A DNA stretch of 64,000 nt from an uncultured Acidobacteriota bacterium (GTDB lineage Bacteria > Acidobacteriota > UBA6911). Below are positions 10,384 through 21,739 of the stretch, one piece after another. The notes under the pieces are model-generated. The model saw only the letters and a program-made list of their open reading frames with translations, made no database searches and was not told the DNA's origin. A program made the position numbers and the translations under genes. The stretch covers positions 86,424-150,423 of the forward strand of contig CAWHCF010000014.1 in the NCBI GenBank assembly GCA_963827655.1, in the 5' to 3' direction. The stretch's first letter is position 1. Each line of letters starts with the position of its first letter.

Positions 10384-11826
10384 TTAAAAGACGGCGTTTA
10401 TCGGCCCGTAGACGTCATCGTCCGCTTCCGGAACGTATTCGAATCCACGATTGAACGGGTCATCGTAGCGGACCGTGGTCCAGTCGATACCCAGAGCCGT
10501 GTAAATAGTCGCGGCGATGTCTTCAACCCGGACCGGCCGGTTTCTCTCCCAGCCGGATTCGACTGTGAAGGCTCCCATATTGTTGGTGGCGCCGATCACG
10601 CGCCCTCCCTTGGTGCCTCCGCCTGCGAAAACGACGAACTGCTGCAGATAGTGGTCCCGTCCGGCCTGATTGTTGAGCGACTGAGTCTCTCTTCCGACCG
10701 TCCGGCCGAATTCACCCATCATCACGATGAGGGTTTCGTCGAAAAGGCTTCCACCGCCGACTCCCGGGGTTTGTGCCAGGTCCTCAAGCAAGGCGGCCAG
10801 CCCGCCGTCGAGCGTTCGCGTCCGGCCGTAGAGCTGGGCCTGCGAGTAGATGTTCTGGTGATGATCCCAGCCGCCGAATGCGATCTGGATAAACCGCGTA
10901 CCCATATCCGCCTTGAGGATGTTGCGCGCCACGATGCAGGCATCTCCGAACGCATTGGCGCCGAACCTGTTGCCCGCATTGGGGCCGTTGCCGGCGGGAA
11001 AGTCGCCGTAGCGCATGCGCTCCTCGTTGCTGAATCGGAATACGGCATCAATCGTCGGGTTGTACATCAGACCCCGGGCCTGCTCGTAATAAGCCGACAT
11101 ATTTTCAGGCTCCCTCCCGAAAGGGGCATTCATACGCAGTGCTCCGTCGAGGGAAGCGAGGAGCTGCAGCCGCGTATCAAACCGCGGCTGCCCGTCGGGA
11201 TGCGCAACCTGCGCCAGGCCGGCCTGGTTTGGCGTAACGACGAACGGGGATAACCGGCTGGGAAGGTAACCCGACCCTACGGGATTGCCGGTGTTCATGG
11301 CGATGAATCCCGGCAACCTGGCTCCCTGCCTTTCCTTTTCCAGCGCCACGACCGCCCCGATGTTGGGCGCGATCCGACCTAGTGCCGACGTGGGATTGCG
11401 CGCGATCTGGGTCCATGTCTGAGCCAGCGAATGCACCGCCGCCCAGGACTGAACCGACCGAACGATGGTGAGCCAGTTGAGCCGCTCGGCGAGCTTGGGC
11501 ATCAGCCCCTGCGGAAACCGAGTATCACCGTAGCTTGTCGGGTTGAAGTCCGCGGGCGTCCACGAGCCTTCCTTCAAGTCGAAGGTATCGATATGGCTGG
11601 GAGCGCCGGTGAGAAAGATGAATATGCAATTGCGCGCGGTCCCTCGGGTGGCGACCTTTCCGGCTGCCTTCACATCGAGCGGGCGCGTGACCTGGGTGAA
11701 ATAGTAGCCCGTCAGGGCGGTGCCGGCCACTCTGAAGAACTGCCGCCGGCTGAATCCGGGGCCATCCCAAAGGGAATTGTTTGCGCGCGGCTGAGTGCAG
11801 CATCCGAATCTATCTTTCGTGGACAT
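10384..11826 (-). CDS. DUF1501 domain protein (Tat signal)
   Basis: FSRRQFF, IFIFLTGAPSHIDTFDLK, GGWDHH, GEFGRT, GRDH and GGTKGGRVIGAT. Confidence 0.9.
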   Translation of the reverse strand: MSTKDRFGCCTQPRANNSLWDGPGFSRRQFFRVAGTALTGYYFTQVTRPLDVKAAGKVATRGTARNCIFIFLTGAPSHIDTFDLKEGSWTPADFNPTSYGDTRFPQGLMPKLAERLNWLTIVRSVQSWAAVHSLAQTWTQIARNPTSALGRIAPNIGAVVALEKERQGARLPGFIAMNTGNPVGSGYLPSRLSPFVVTPNQAGLAQVAHPDGQPRFDTRLQLLASLDGALRMNAPFGREPENMSAYYEQARGLMYNPTIDAVFRFSNEERMRYGDFPAGNGPNAGNRFGANAFGDACIVARNILKADMGTRFIQIAFGGWDHHQNIYSQAQLYGRTRTLDGGLAALLEDLAQTPGVGGGSLFDETLIVMMGEFGRTVGRETQSLNNQAGRDHYLQQFVVFAGGGTKGGRVIGATNNMGAFTVESGWERNRPVRVEDIAATIYTALGIDWTTVRYDDPFNRGFEYVPEADDDVYGPINAVF

Positions 11827-11859
11827 GCTCTTAACTCCCCTCGCTCCTCGTGTGACCCA

Positions 11860-13786
11860 TCAATAGTTGTAAAGAAAGTCGATCTTGTTGAGCAGGACCC
11901 ACATCAGGTTCTCGGCCCCCTGAACTCGATTCGCCTTCAACGCGGCCGTCCCTACCGTGAGTTCCTCGGCAGTGGGAAACCGGCTCAGCGCCCACAGGAA
12001 GAGTTCTTCGACGACGTGGCTATCCGAATAGTCCCGATTGGCCAGCAAACGGTTCACCGTGCTGCCCGCCGTAGCATTCCGGAGCCGCGTGGTAACGAAC
12101 GTATTGTTCATCATGTTCAGGGCCTGAAGAATCGTCGCCTCGCCGGAGCGGGCATTCTGATCTCGATTGCCGCGCAGGAAGAGGTTCAGGAAGGTGTTCA
12201 CTGCGCCGTTCGAGCGCGGTTCGGGAGACGCCTCCGGGAGCTGCATGGCCCACTGCACGGTGGGCAGCTGCCCGACCCCGTATGCAGTCGGCACTCCCGT
12301 CGCCGTCACAATGGCGTCGTGAACTTCCTCGGCCCAAAGGCGGCGCACGAACTTGCGGGCGAAATAGCTGGTGTATTCCGGCTGCCATTCCTCCGTGAAC
12401 CTCGAGGAGAGCTGGTAGGCGCTGGATTCCGCGATCGTGGTCAGAAGGCGCCGCACGTTGTACCCGCTCCCAATGAAATCATCGGTCAAGGCCTCGAGCA
12501 GTTCGGGATGGGATGGCTGAAGATTCCAGCCGGAGGGGACCTTGTTTGGATCCAGGCGGGCCAGATCGAACTGGTCCGCAGGTTCGACGATCCCCATTCC
12601 CATCATGTATTTCCACATGTAATTCGCCGTAGCCCGGGCGAACTGGCGGTCCGCCACCAGGTTATTGGCAAACCTCTCGCGATAAGTGCTGCCGGAGGCC
12701 TGCGTGTCCGAGAAGATGTAGCGCGGGCGGATCAGATTCGTGCCGCCGAATGGCGTCCTGGCCGTTCGATTCCCTGAATTCGTGTTCAACTGATACTCGC
12801 CGGTGGGAGCATCGGCAACAGACCAATAATAGAGCTGCTGTCCCCCTTCCACCTGGTTGGGCGATCTCGGAAAGCGGGTGCGTGAAAAGAAAGCGGCCAT
12901 TTCCCATGCCTGCATTCCGCCGCGTGCTCGCCCCCCAGGCATTCAGAGCATCCAGATGCCCGCGACCGTCATGGCAGAGGAGACAATCAAACGAGGAGAG
13001 CCCCAGGAACTGAGTGGCGGCGCGAGAAAGCATCATGTCGTAGTGATCCTGGACCGGCCCCATGGACTGCGTCCCCTTCAACAGCCAGTTCAACTCTCCT
13101 TTTTCCCAGGAGCTGCCCTCGCCCGCAATGAAGTATTTCGCGAAGGCGTCATACGGCCACTGGCCCTCGACACCCCGTTTGATCGCCATGTAGAAGGCGT
13201 TTCGCCCCTCGACGTAGATGTTTTGAACCGCGCTGGTGGTGTCGGTCACAGCGGCCTTCAGCAAGTCGCCGTAATACATCGTGAGCTTGTCGGTGCAGTC
13301 GGCGCTCCCGACCAGATCTCGAATGACGTCGTTTCGCTTGGTAGAAATGTCGCTGCCGAGGAAGTTGCGGACAGCGCCGGCGCTCGGAATGCGCCCGGTG
13401 AGGTCCAGAGTTACGCGCCGCAGGAACTCCGTGTCATCTGCGAGAGGGGCATGAGGAATGCCGGCCTGTTGCATCTTGCCGAAAATAAAATCGTCAATGT
13501 AGTTTCGATGCGGGATATCGCTGGTGAAGCCGCTGCCCTGTCTGGGCGCCCGGGCGGGTGAATACTTGACCCTGCCCGAGACTCTTTCGGTATCGGCCGC
13601 CAGTTGTTCTACGTGCCGCCGCACACGATCGAGATAAGCACCGGGGTCGCGCTCGAAAGTGCAATCGGCGACCGACGTCGTCCGGAGCGCGTCGTCACTG
13701 GTGTCGTTTTCACCTTCGCGGCCGACGCCCAGGCCGGCTGCGAGCAACAACAAACACAAAACCTTCGCGCTGAATCGAGGTCTCAT
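11860..13786 (-). CDS. DUF1549/DUF1553 (PSD1/PSCyt2-like) protein (one +1 frameshift near 12916)
   Basis: NYIDDFI, EFLRRVTLDLTGRIP and CLLCHD in the 5' ORF. GMGIVEP, PSHPELLEAL, RRLWAEEVHDAI and QALNMMN in the 3' ORF. Confidence 0.88.
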
Positions 13787-14047
13787 AAGGGCTCCCGATT
13801 TCTAATATGCAGCAGGGCACACGAACATCAATGTGTTTGACCCAACGACTCACGTACCGCAGGTAACGGACAATAATCGCGGGGAGATGGCTTCATAACT
13901 GCCCAGGCATAGCAGCCGAACCATTAGTTAAGCAGTCGTATGATATTAACCCCACTCCGAGCAAAAAGTCGCGAAAAAAACTAAAATTCTAAAATTTTCT
14001 CCGGAAAGGGTCTCACCGTCGGCACTAACCGCCCCGACGCGAAGACG

Positions 14048-14977
14048 TTAGGACACCGCCCGGGAGGCTTTTCCCTCGGCAATGACGCGGTTGCGCATGG
14101 TGCCCACGCCTTCGACGAACAACTCGACGATATCGCCGTCCTGCAGGAAAACCTGCGGGCGGCGCGCGAAGCCCACACCCGGCGGTGTTCCAGTCGAGAT
14201 GATGTCGCCGGGTTTGAGGGTAAACATGTGCGAGATATAGCTGATAAGGGTGGGGATATTGAAGATCAGGTTGCGCGTGTTCGAGTCCTGCATGACCCGC
14301 CCGTTAAGGGTGAGGCGAATGTCGAGATCGTGCGGGTCATCGATTTCGTCCGGAGTGACGAGGTGCGGCCCGCAGGGAGCAAAGTTGTCAAACGTCTTTC
14401 CGGAAACCCACTGACCGGTGCGAAACTGCCAATCCCGGGCGCTCACGTCGTGCATCAGCGTGTACCCACCGACGTAATCGACAGCCTCCTCCGGCGACAC
14501 TCTCTTGGCCTGTTTTCCGAGAATCACGGCCAGCTCCGCCTCGTAGTCAACCTGTGTGGAGTTCGAGGGGAGGATCACGGGTCCGGAAGCTCCCACCAGC
14601 GCATTATTGTACTTGTTGAAAATTACCGGCTCCTTGGGAATCTCCATCTTGGACTCCGCGGCGTGATCCCGGTAGTTCAGCCCGATACAGATGATTTTTT
14701 CCGGGACGGCAACCGGCGGCAGCCAGTCGAACTCCTGTGACGGCTCGCATAATTGATCCCAATCCGCCGGCACACCCGACGCGCGAATCTCCTGATCCAG
14801 CTTGTCCAAAACAGCTCTGGCTGCCGGAACCCACAGCGCGGTAGCATCTCTCGCTTCCGCCAGGACTTCGTATCCCCGCCGGCCGCTCCTTCCCAGCTCG
14901 GTCAGGTTCAGCGTCCGATCTCCATGAATCAATCCCAGGCAGGCAGTATTCTGTTTCGAAAAGCTTCCAAGCCTCAT
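14048..14977 (-). CDS. fumarylacetoacetate hydrolase family protein
   Basis: KIICIGLNYRDH, DYEAELAV, HDVSARD, GKTFD and GDIISTGTPPGVG. Confidence 0.93.
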   Translation of the reverse strand: MRLGSFSKQNTACLGLIHGDRTLNLTELGRSGRRGYEVLAEARDATALWVPAARAVLDKLDQEIRASGVPADWDQLCEPSQEFDWLPPVAVPEKIICIGLNYRDHAAESKMEIPKEPVIFNKYNNALVGASGPVILPSNSTQVDYEAELAVILGKQAKRVSPEEAVDYVGGYTLMHDVSARDWQFRTGQWVSGKTFDNFAPCGPHLVTPDEIDDPHDLDIRLTLNGRVMQDSNTRNLIFNIPTLISYISHMFTLKPGDIISTGTPPGVGFARRPQVFLQDGDIVELFVEGVGTMRNRVIAEGKASRAVS

Positions 14978-15041
14978 GAGTCCTCCGAGTAAAATTCAGA
15001 ATTGGACGTAAGCAGCGTCCCACTATATAACAGTGGCCGCC

Positions 15042-15812
15042 ATGAAACACAGTGCCAAGCTCGATCGAAGAGTCGCCGTGATCACGGGGGCGGGCGCCGG
15101 GATCGGCGAGGCCGCCGCCCGGCTCTTTGCTCGCGAAGGGGCCCGCCTGGTCGTGGTCGACATCGACCCAAGAGCGCTGGCGGCTATTGTGGCGGAGTTG
15201 GAAGCAGCTTCGGTCATTGTGCTTGACCTTGCCGGAGATGTCTCTCAAGGAGACTTTTGCAAAACCGTGATTGACAGAACGATGGCGCAGTTCGGCCGGC
15301 TCGACATTCTCTTCAATAACGCCGGGATCGTGTTCAACGGCAGCCTGGTGGAATGCACCGAAGAAGAGTGGAACAAGACCCTGGATGTAAATCTGAAGTC
15401 GATGTACCTGCTCTCCCGCAGTGCCGTTCCGGTCATGCAGCGCCAGGGGGGAGGCAGCATCATCAATATGGCCTCGGTCGCGGGTCCCACCGGCGTCACC
15501 AACCGGGGGGCCTACTCGGTCTCGAAGGCCGGTGTGATCGGGTTGACCAAGAGTCTGGCCGTCGATTTCGTCAAAGACGGAATCCGGGTAAATTGCATCT
15601 GTCCCGGAACGGTCGATACGCCGTCGCTGAGGCAGCGAATCGCCAGCTCTCCGGATCCCGAAGCAGCGCTCCGGGCCTTCGTCGCGCGCCAGCCGATGGG
15701 TCGGCTCGGCTCGCCCGAGGAGATCGCCGCGATGGCCCTGTTCATGGCGTCCGATGACGCGCGTTACATGACGGGCCAGGCTGTGTTCATGGACGGGGGG
15801 ATGAAGCTGTAG
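15042..15812 (+). CDS. SDR oxidoreductase (BDH2 / 2-keto-3-deoxy-L-fuconate dehydrogenase-like)
   Basis: TGAGAGIG, NNAG, YSVSK, CPGTVDTPSL and ARQPMGRLG. Confidence 0.88.
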   Translation: MKHSAKLDRRVAVITGAGAGIGEAAARLFAREGARLVVVDIDPRALAAIVAELEAASVIVLDLAGDVSQGDFCKTVIDRTMAQFGRLDILFNNAGIVFNGSLVECTEEEWNKTLDVNLKSMYLLSRSAVPVMQRQGGGSIINMASVAGPTGVTNRGAYSVSKAGVIGLTKSLAVDFVKDGIRVNCICPGTVDTPSLRQRIASSPDPEAALRAFVARQPMGRLGSPEEIAAMALFMASDDARYMTGQAVFMDGGMKL

Positions 15813-16954
15813 CGGGACTGGTAAGGTAAACGTTGATCTTCGCCTGAGTGCGCAGCTCATCGACGAGCTTCGCCACGTCCTGATCTGTCTTCTGACGCTT
15901 GAGGAATTCGGTGAGCTCGGTGCGAGCCTCGTCAAGCGTGGCGAGACCCTCCTTCTTCTTCTCCGTCACTTTTATGATGTGGAAACCGAATTGGGTACGC
16001 ACCACGTCGCTGATTCCGCCCGCCGGCAGCGAAAACGCAACCTCTTCGTACTCCCGCGCTAACTGACCTTTGGGAACCAGGCCCACGTCTCCGCCCTGCG
16101 TGGCGGAGGCGGGATCCATCGAATTCTCTCTCGCGAGCTTGGAGAAATCCTCGCCTTTCTTTACGCGCGCGAGAATCGCCTCGGCTCTCTGTTTTGCCAT
16201 GGTCTCCTGTTCCTGCGTCGCCCCTTCCTTGACCAGGATCAGAATATGGCTGGTCCGGACCAGGTCAGGATGCCGGAACTCTTCCTTATGCTGCTCATAG
16301 TATTGCGATAGCTCCGCCGGAGTGATGGCAATCTTTCCGGCGATGGTCTCCTGGATGAATTTCGCCACCGTCAGTGATTTCTCCAATTCGCGAGTCAAAC
16401 CCGCTCGATCGAGCCCGCGGTTGGCCAGGGCTGCGTTCATCTCGGCATCCCCGCCGAAGTTCTTGGCAAGCTTGGCAAGCTCCGCCTGAATCTCGGGCTC
16501 GCTCGCTTTGATGCCGCCAGCCTGAGCCTTTTGATACACCAGTTCGGTCCCGATGAGCGCTCCGAGCGATTGGCCTATCAACTCCTGCCGGTACTCCTCC
16601 CGGAGGTTATTCCACTTCGGATTTCCGATTGGGGCCAGTTGGGCCTGGATGCGCTGTTCGAGGTCTCTTCCCAGTATGGCCTTGCCGTTCACCCGCGCCA
16701 CGACCGCAGGAAAGAGAGCGCCCGGCGCGCGCCGCCAGAACCTGCTCCTCCTCGGGAGCTTCCTTGGAGGGCGAGGTCTGTGGAGGCGCAGGAGCGCTCT
16801 TGGCGGGCGTCGCTGGTCGCTTCGTCTGTGTCTGCGCGAAACCGTGCGCGGTCAATCCCAGAACAGCAGCCCCAAAGACCGCAATAACAAAAAGCCTCAC
16901 AAGCCAGGCGCACTGTGACACGCGCAAGAGTTCCCTACCCGTAAGATCTTTCAA
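15787..16954 (-). CDS. parvulin-type peptidyl-prolyl isomerase (PrsA/SurA-like), +1 frameshift near 16720; start uncertain
   Basis: ARVNGKAI, SHILI, FSKLARENSMD, GGDVG and TQFGFHII. The signal peptide and Pro/Ala-rich N-terminus are in the adjacent frame (ORF 16607-16954). Confidence 0.85.
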
Positions 16955-17184
16955 GACTCCCCCGATCTTTCCCGCGATTGTTTATAGCCGATGGCCATAA
17001 TAATACCATCGAAAGCGTCGACGTCAAATCCGCCTCGGTCATGAACCGGTTTCCTCAGCTACGCACCCCGAGGATCGCGAACCCTTAGTGTTTCTTCGTG
17101 TCTTCGTGTCCTGGTGGTATCTGTTTTGCATTTGCATTCAAAAGTCCTTGGGATATTGGTGAACCCTTTTTCGGGAGCGATGTT

Positions 17185-18636
17185 GTGGGCTTCAACTGGA
17201 TTGACGGGACCATCGTCGTCTTTTACCTGATCGCCATCACGCTCTTCGGCGTGCGATTCCGGAAGAAGCAGCAGTCGATCCACACCTATTTTCTGGGTGG
17301 AAAAACCATTCCCGCCTGGGCGCTGTCGCTCTCAATTGTCGCGACCGAAACCAGCACCCTCACGATTATCGGAACCCCGGGAATAGCCTTTGGCGGCGAC
17401 CTATCGTTCCTTCAACTTGTTCTCGGCTACATGGTCGGACGCATCTTTATCAGCCTGGTCTTGATCCCCGCCTATTTCAAGGGGGAGATGTATACGGCCT
17501 ACCAGCTCATGGAGCGAAGATTCGGCCAGCGGATCAAACATGCCACGGCAAGCCTGTTCCTGGTCACACGAGCGCTGGCGGAGGGAGTGCGCGTCCTGGC
17601 CATTGCTACCGTTGTCGGCATCGTCCTGGGAACAGGAGACCTCGCCTCCATTCTGATCATCTCCGCCCTGACCCTGATCTACACGTTCGAAGGGGGCTTA
17701 ACAGCGGTAATCTGGACCGATGTGGTTCAACTCTTCATTTACATAGGGGGAACGCTGGTCGCCTTCTTTACGATTTTGAGTTACATCCCCGGGGGCTGGG
17801 AGGGAGTGATGGCGAATGCGGGACACAAATTTGTGCTCTGGAATTTCTCAACCAGCTATCACGTGCCTTACACCTTCTGGGCCGGCGTGATCGGCGGGGC
17901 CTTTCTCAACACGGCCAGCCACGGCGTGGACCAGTTGATCGTGCAGCGCCTTCTGGCAGCCCGGAACGAGCGCGACAGCAAAGCTGCCCTGCTCTCGAGC
18001 GGACTCGTAATCTTCTTCCAATTCAGTCTCTTCCTTGTTGTCGGGATCATGCTCTACAGCTTTTATCTCTACCATCCGGAAGAGTCGGTTCCCGCCATGC
18101 GCGACCGGATCTTCCCGACCTTTGTTGTCCGCCATCTCCCTCACGGAGTCTCCGGCTTGATGATCGCCGCCATCCTGGCCGCCGCGATGTCGAATCTCAG
18201 CAGTTCCCTCAACTCGCTGGCCTCGACTACCGTCGTCGACTTTTACATTCCCTTCCTGAAGCGGGGCGCGGGCACACAAGAGCAACTGCGCATCTCGCGG
18301 TGGATGACGGTCGTCTGGGGAATTATTCTGGTAGTCCTGGCTTTCCTGTCACGAGGCGTGGAATCGGTACTGGAGGCCGGCCTGACCATAGCCTCCATCA
18401 CATACGGCAGTCTGCTGGGTGTCTTCCTCCTCGGGGTCCTCACGCGAAAGGCGAATGAATCTGGTTCGATCCTCGGCTTGGGGGTCGGTTTATTCTCAAT
18501 GCTGGCGATCTGGTACTACAGCACTTATTACAATGCGATTGCCTTCACCTGGTACGTCCTGATCGGAACGGTAATAACGTTTTCTGTGGGCTACCTGGCC
18601 AGCCTTTACCTGGGCGCCAAAAGAATCAACCGCTAA
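17185..18636 (+). CDS. sodium:solute symporter (SSS family)
   Basis: YFLGG, SIVATETS, GGLTAVIWTDVVQ, DQLIVQRLLAAR and AAAMSNLSSSLNS; GTG start after GGGAG. Confidence 0.93.
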   Translation: MGFNWIDGTIVVFYLIAITLFGVRFRKKQQSIHTYFLGGKTIPAWALSLSIVATETSTLTIIGTPGIAFGGDLSFLQLVLGYMVGRIFISLVLIPAYFKGEMYTAYQLMERRFGQRIKHATASLFLVTRALAEGVRVLAIATVVGIVLGTGDLASILIISALTLIYTFEGGLTAVIWTDVVQLFIYIGGTLVAFFTILSYIPGGWEGVMANAGHKFVLWNFSTSYHVPYTFWAGVIGGAFLNTASHGVDQLIVQRLLAARNERDSKAALLSSGLVIFFQFSLFLVVGIMLYSFYLYHPEESVPAMRDRIFPTFVVRHLPHGVSGLMIAAILAAAMSNLSSSLNSLASTTVVDFYIPFLKRGAGTQEQLRISRWMTVVWGIILVVLAFLSRGVESVLEAGLTIASITYGSLLGVFLLGVLTRKANESGSILGLGVGLFSMLAIWYYSTYYNAIAFTWYVLIGTVITFSVGYLASLYLGAKRINR

Positions 18637-18694
18637 GACACGAAGACTCGAAGAAACGCTGAGAACGCCGTCACTCTCCGATCAAGGCGCCCGA

Positions 18695-20107
18695 TCAGGC
18701 GTTGGCGGTTCCGGCTGTCCGGCGATAGTAGAAGTAGAACGGCAAGCCCAGCGTAAGAAGAATCAGTCCCACTGCAGACTCCACCGGGCTGGTCTGCAGC
18801 GTGTTTATCAGCAACCACACCGCAACAAGCACGAACACAAGCGGGACCAGCGGGTAGCCGAAGGTTCGGTAGGGCCGCGGGAGATCGGGTCGCCTGCGTC
18901 TCAAAACAAAGACCGCTGAGGTAGTCAGACCATAAAAGATCCAGGACGCAAACAGCACGTAGTCGGTCAGTTGATCGAAAGATCCCGATATCGCCAGCAC
19001 ACTGGCCACTGCAGCCTGAATAACAATGGACCACACCGGCACGCGCGCGCCTTCGCTCAGGCGGCCGAAACGCGCGAAGAACACGCCGTCGCGCGCCATC
19101 GCAAAAGGAACCCGCGCGTTTGACAGGATTGACCCGTTCAAAGCCCCGATCGCCGAGAGCATGAACGCGATCGAGACCAGTTTACCCCCGGTGGATCCCA
19201 GAAACGATTGCGCGGCTTTAGTCGCAACCGGCAAGGCGTTCCGGTAGGCGGTGGAGTTTGAGGTTATGACCTCGATTGCCGGCAATGCATAAAAGTATGC
19301 CAGGTTGGCCACGCAGTAGACTGCCGTCACGACCACCATCCCGGAGATCAGAGCGCGCGGGATGTTGCGGCCCGGGTTGCGAACTTCGCCGGCAACCATG
19401 GGCATGTTGTTCCAGCCGTCGTAAGCCCAGAGCGCCGCGAGCATCGCCGCGCCGAACGCTTTAAGCCCGCTCCAGGGCGGAGTGCCCGGAGACGGTGCCA
19501 GATTCTCCCAGGTGGCGGTTCTCGAGAAAAAAAACACGCCGCCGACTATGACTGCAATACCGAGCAGCTTTGCAACCGTGAGAAAGGATTGGACACGGCC
19601 GCCGAATGCGACGCCTATGCAGTTGATGGCGGAAAAGAAAAGAATGGCCGATACGGCCACAACCTGGACCAGGCCGAACTGCCACTGGATCTCGCGTCCG
19701 AATACTTGAAAGGTATGATTTGCCCAAACGCTGTGGAGTGGAAGGATGGCCGAAAGAAATGTTGCGAATCCCACCCCCAGAATAGCGATCGAACCAGGAG
19801 CGGCAACCGCGAAGCGGGTCCAGCCAAACAGGAAGGCTGGAGCCTCGCCGTAGGCCGCGCGCAGGTAAACATATTCTCCGCCGGCTTCCGGCAGAGCTGC
19901 CCCCAGTTCCGCGTAGGTCAGCGCCCCTGCCAGCGACAGCAAGCCGGCCGCTATCCAGGCCGCCAGAACAAGGGCAGGGGTTTCAACCTGCTGCATCATG
20001 ACGGAAGTCTTCATGAACACACCCGTACCGATTACGGTGCCAATCACGAGCATCGTGGTGTCGGTAAGGCCAAGAGCACGGATCGGCTGGTTCGTTGATT
20101 CCGTCAC
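18695..20107 (-). CDS. APC-family amino acid permease
   Basis: [27 protein letters not shown] and [10 protein letters not shown]; multiple TM segments. Confidence 0.93.
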   Translation of the reverse strand: MTESTNQPIRALGLTDTTMLVIGTVIGTGVFMKTSVMMQQVETPALVLAAWIAAGLLSLAGALTYAELGAALPEAGGEYVYLRAAYGEAPAFLFGWTRFAVAAPGSIAILGVGFATFLSAILPLHSVWANHTFQVFGREIQWQFGLVQVVAVSAILFFSAINCIGVAFGGRVQSFLTVAKLLGIAVIVGGVFFFSRTATWENLAPSPGTPPWSGLKAFGAAMLAALWAYDGWNNMPMVAGEVRNPGRNIPRALISGMVVVTAVYCVANLAYFYALPAIEVITSNSTAYRNALPVATKAAQSFLGSTGGKLVSIAFMLSAIGALNGSILSNARVPFAMARDGVFFARFGRLSEGARVPVWSIVIQAAVASVLAISGSFDQLTDYVLFASWIFYGLTTSAVFVLRRRRPDLPRPYRTFGYPLVPLVFVLVAVWLLINTLQTSPVESAVGLILLTLGLPFYFYYRRTAGTANA

Positions 20108-20470
20108 TATTCGGAAACCTGAATGATGGTACGGCGGTGTTGGCCCTCGCCAATAATCTTGTCACCTTCCGTGACGCGGACCTCGAACAGGAGCTTGCGG
20201 CCGTCGGCTTCGAGCAGCTTGCACGAGATCTTGATCACCGCCCCGATAAGGGCCGCCGCTTTGTGCCTTATGTTGACCTCAAAGCCGACCGTGGTAAAAC
20301 CGGCGGGAAGCAGCGGCTGCACGGCATCCTTGGAAACGATTTCCATCAGGCCGATCATCATGGGGGTGCTCAGGACAGGAACCTTTGTATGCGACACGGT
20401 GTGTTTCTGTTCCACCGTCAACGGTCGCCTCGTTCGTTATGCCCGCCGTTATTCCGTCAAAGCTAGCCAT
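20107..20470 (-). CDS. FlK-like hotdog thioesterase (+1 frameshift near 20422)
   Basis: [19 protein letters not shown] and IGEGQHRR. The N-terminus [16 protein letters not shown] is in the adjacent frame. Confidence 0.85.
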
Positions 20471-20479
20471 CGCTCCTCC

Positions 20480-20576
20480 GATTTACGATTGACGATTGAC
20501 GATTGACGATTTCGAAAAACAGGACGCGGTGAACAGTTAAATTCAATCGTCAATCGTAAATCGTCAATCGTCAATC
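20480..20576. repeat. inverted heptamer arrays (GACGATT)n/(AATCGTC)n
   Basis: Directly visible; abuts the stop codon of the aldo/keto reductase gene. Confidence 0.95.
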
Positions 20577-20579
20577 TCG

Positions 20580-21551
20580 TTAGCGGTTGTATTTTGGCGT
20601 AACACCTCGGAGCTCGGTCCAGATGGTTTCGCATTCTTTCAGGACCTGCTCGCTCAGCAAGGGCCCCTGGCAAGCTTTAACGTTCTCGTCGATCTGCTCG
20701 AGCCGGGTTGCTCCGAGGATGATGCTGTCGACCAAAGGCTGCGCCAGAAGCCAGCGGAACGCGAGCGCGACGAGAGACATCCCTTCCCGCTGCGCGATCG
20801 CCGAGAGCTTTTCCACCGCCGAAAAGAGTGCGGGGTGCCAGTATCGATCCAGGTACATCTTGTTGTCGTGGAAACGTGTCCCTGCCGGCGGGCCTTCTTG
20901 TGCGGAATGTTTTCCCGTGAGCAGACCCCCGGCCAGTGGATTGTAAGGAACTACCGCGACATTGTACTCCTTGCAGAAAGCCAGGAATTCCTGTTCGATG
21001 CCTCGGGCCAGAAGGTTGTACATCGGCTGGGAGACGGTGGGTGGCGTGTAGCCATGGTTTTCGGAAAGCCATAGCGTCTGGCAAATCTGCCAGGCAGAGT
21101 AGTTCGACGCCGCCGGGTAGCGCACTTTCCCTTCCCTCACCAGTTCGTCCATCGCGGCCAGCGACTCCTGTATCGGCGTGTTCCAGTCGGGCAGGTGCAT
21201 GTAGTACAGATCAACGACGTCGGTCTGGAGGCGCTTGAGACTGCCATCGATGGCTCTGCGGATGGCGGCGCGCGTCAGCCCCACATCGTCAGGCTCCTCC
21301 CCCATCTTCCCGCGCACCTTGGTGGCCAGCACCACGTTATGCCGCCGCCCTTTCAGTGCTTTTCCGGTGATTGTTTCGGCAAGACCATTATTGTAAACGT
21401 TAGCGGTATCCACAAAATTGATTTCATGCTCGAGGCAGCGGTCCATCATCCGAATCGCGTCAGCCTCGGACACTTGACTGCCGAAGGTCATCGTGCCTAT
21501 GGAGAGTCGGGATACTTTGAGGTCGGTCTTGCCCAGAGTTCTGAATTCCAT
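20580..21551 (-). CDS. aldo/keto reductase
   Basis: GTMTFG, DTANVY, LATKV, SLKRLQTDVVDLYYMH and YNPLAGGLLTGK. Confidence 0.93.
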   Translation of the reverse strand: MEFRTLGKTDLKVSRLSIGTMTFGSQVSEADAIRMMDRCLEHEINFVDTANVYNNGLAETITGKALKGRRHNVVLATKVRGKMGEEPDDVGLTRAAIRRAIDGSLKRLQTDVVDLYYMHLPDWNTPIQESLAAMDELVREGKVRYPAASNYSAWQICQTLWLSENHGYTPPTVSQPMYNLLARGIEQEFLAFCKEYNVAVVPYNPLAGGLLTGKHSAQEGPPAGTRFHDNKMYLDRYWHPALFSAVEKLSAIAQREGMSLVALAFRWLLAQPLVDSIILGATRLEQIDENVKACQGPLLSEQVLKECETIWTELRGVTPKYNR

Positions 21552-21610
21552 GGCTCTCCTTTGATTGGATGACACTTACCGCCGGCCAATGCGCACAGGT
21601 TCAGCGGCCA

Positions 21611-21632
21611 TTGACAATTGTCAATATTGACA
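21611..21632. promoter_or_regulatory. overlapping palindromes, candidate operator in a divergent promoter region
   Basis: TTGACAATTGTCAA overlapping TGTCAATATTGACA. Confidence 0.5.
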
Positions 21633-21739
21633 CATCGTCGATTCAAGAAATTCGCGCTCAATGACACTTGGATTATAATCGGAACCGGTCGAAATCAATC
21701 GTCTATTACCCAGAGACTATAGTATTTTCGGGGCCCCAG

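Noticed and set aside
15787-15812. 26-bp convergent overlap of the SDR and PPIase genes
   Set aside because: Short tail-to-tail overlaps are common and carry no evident special signal.
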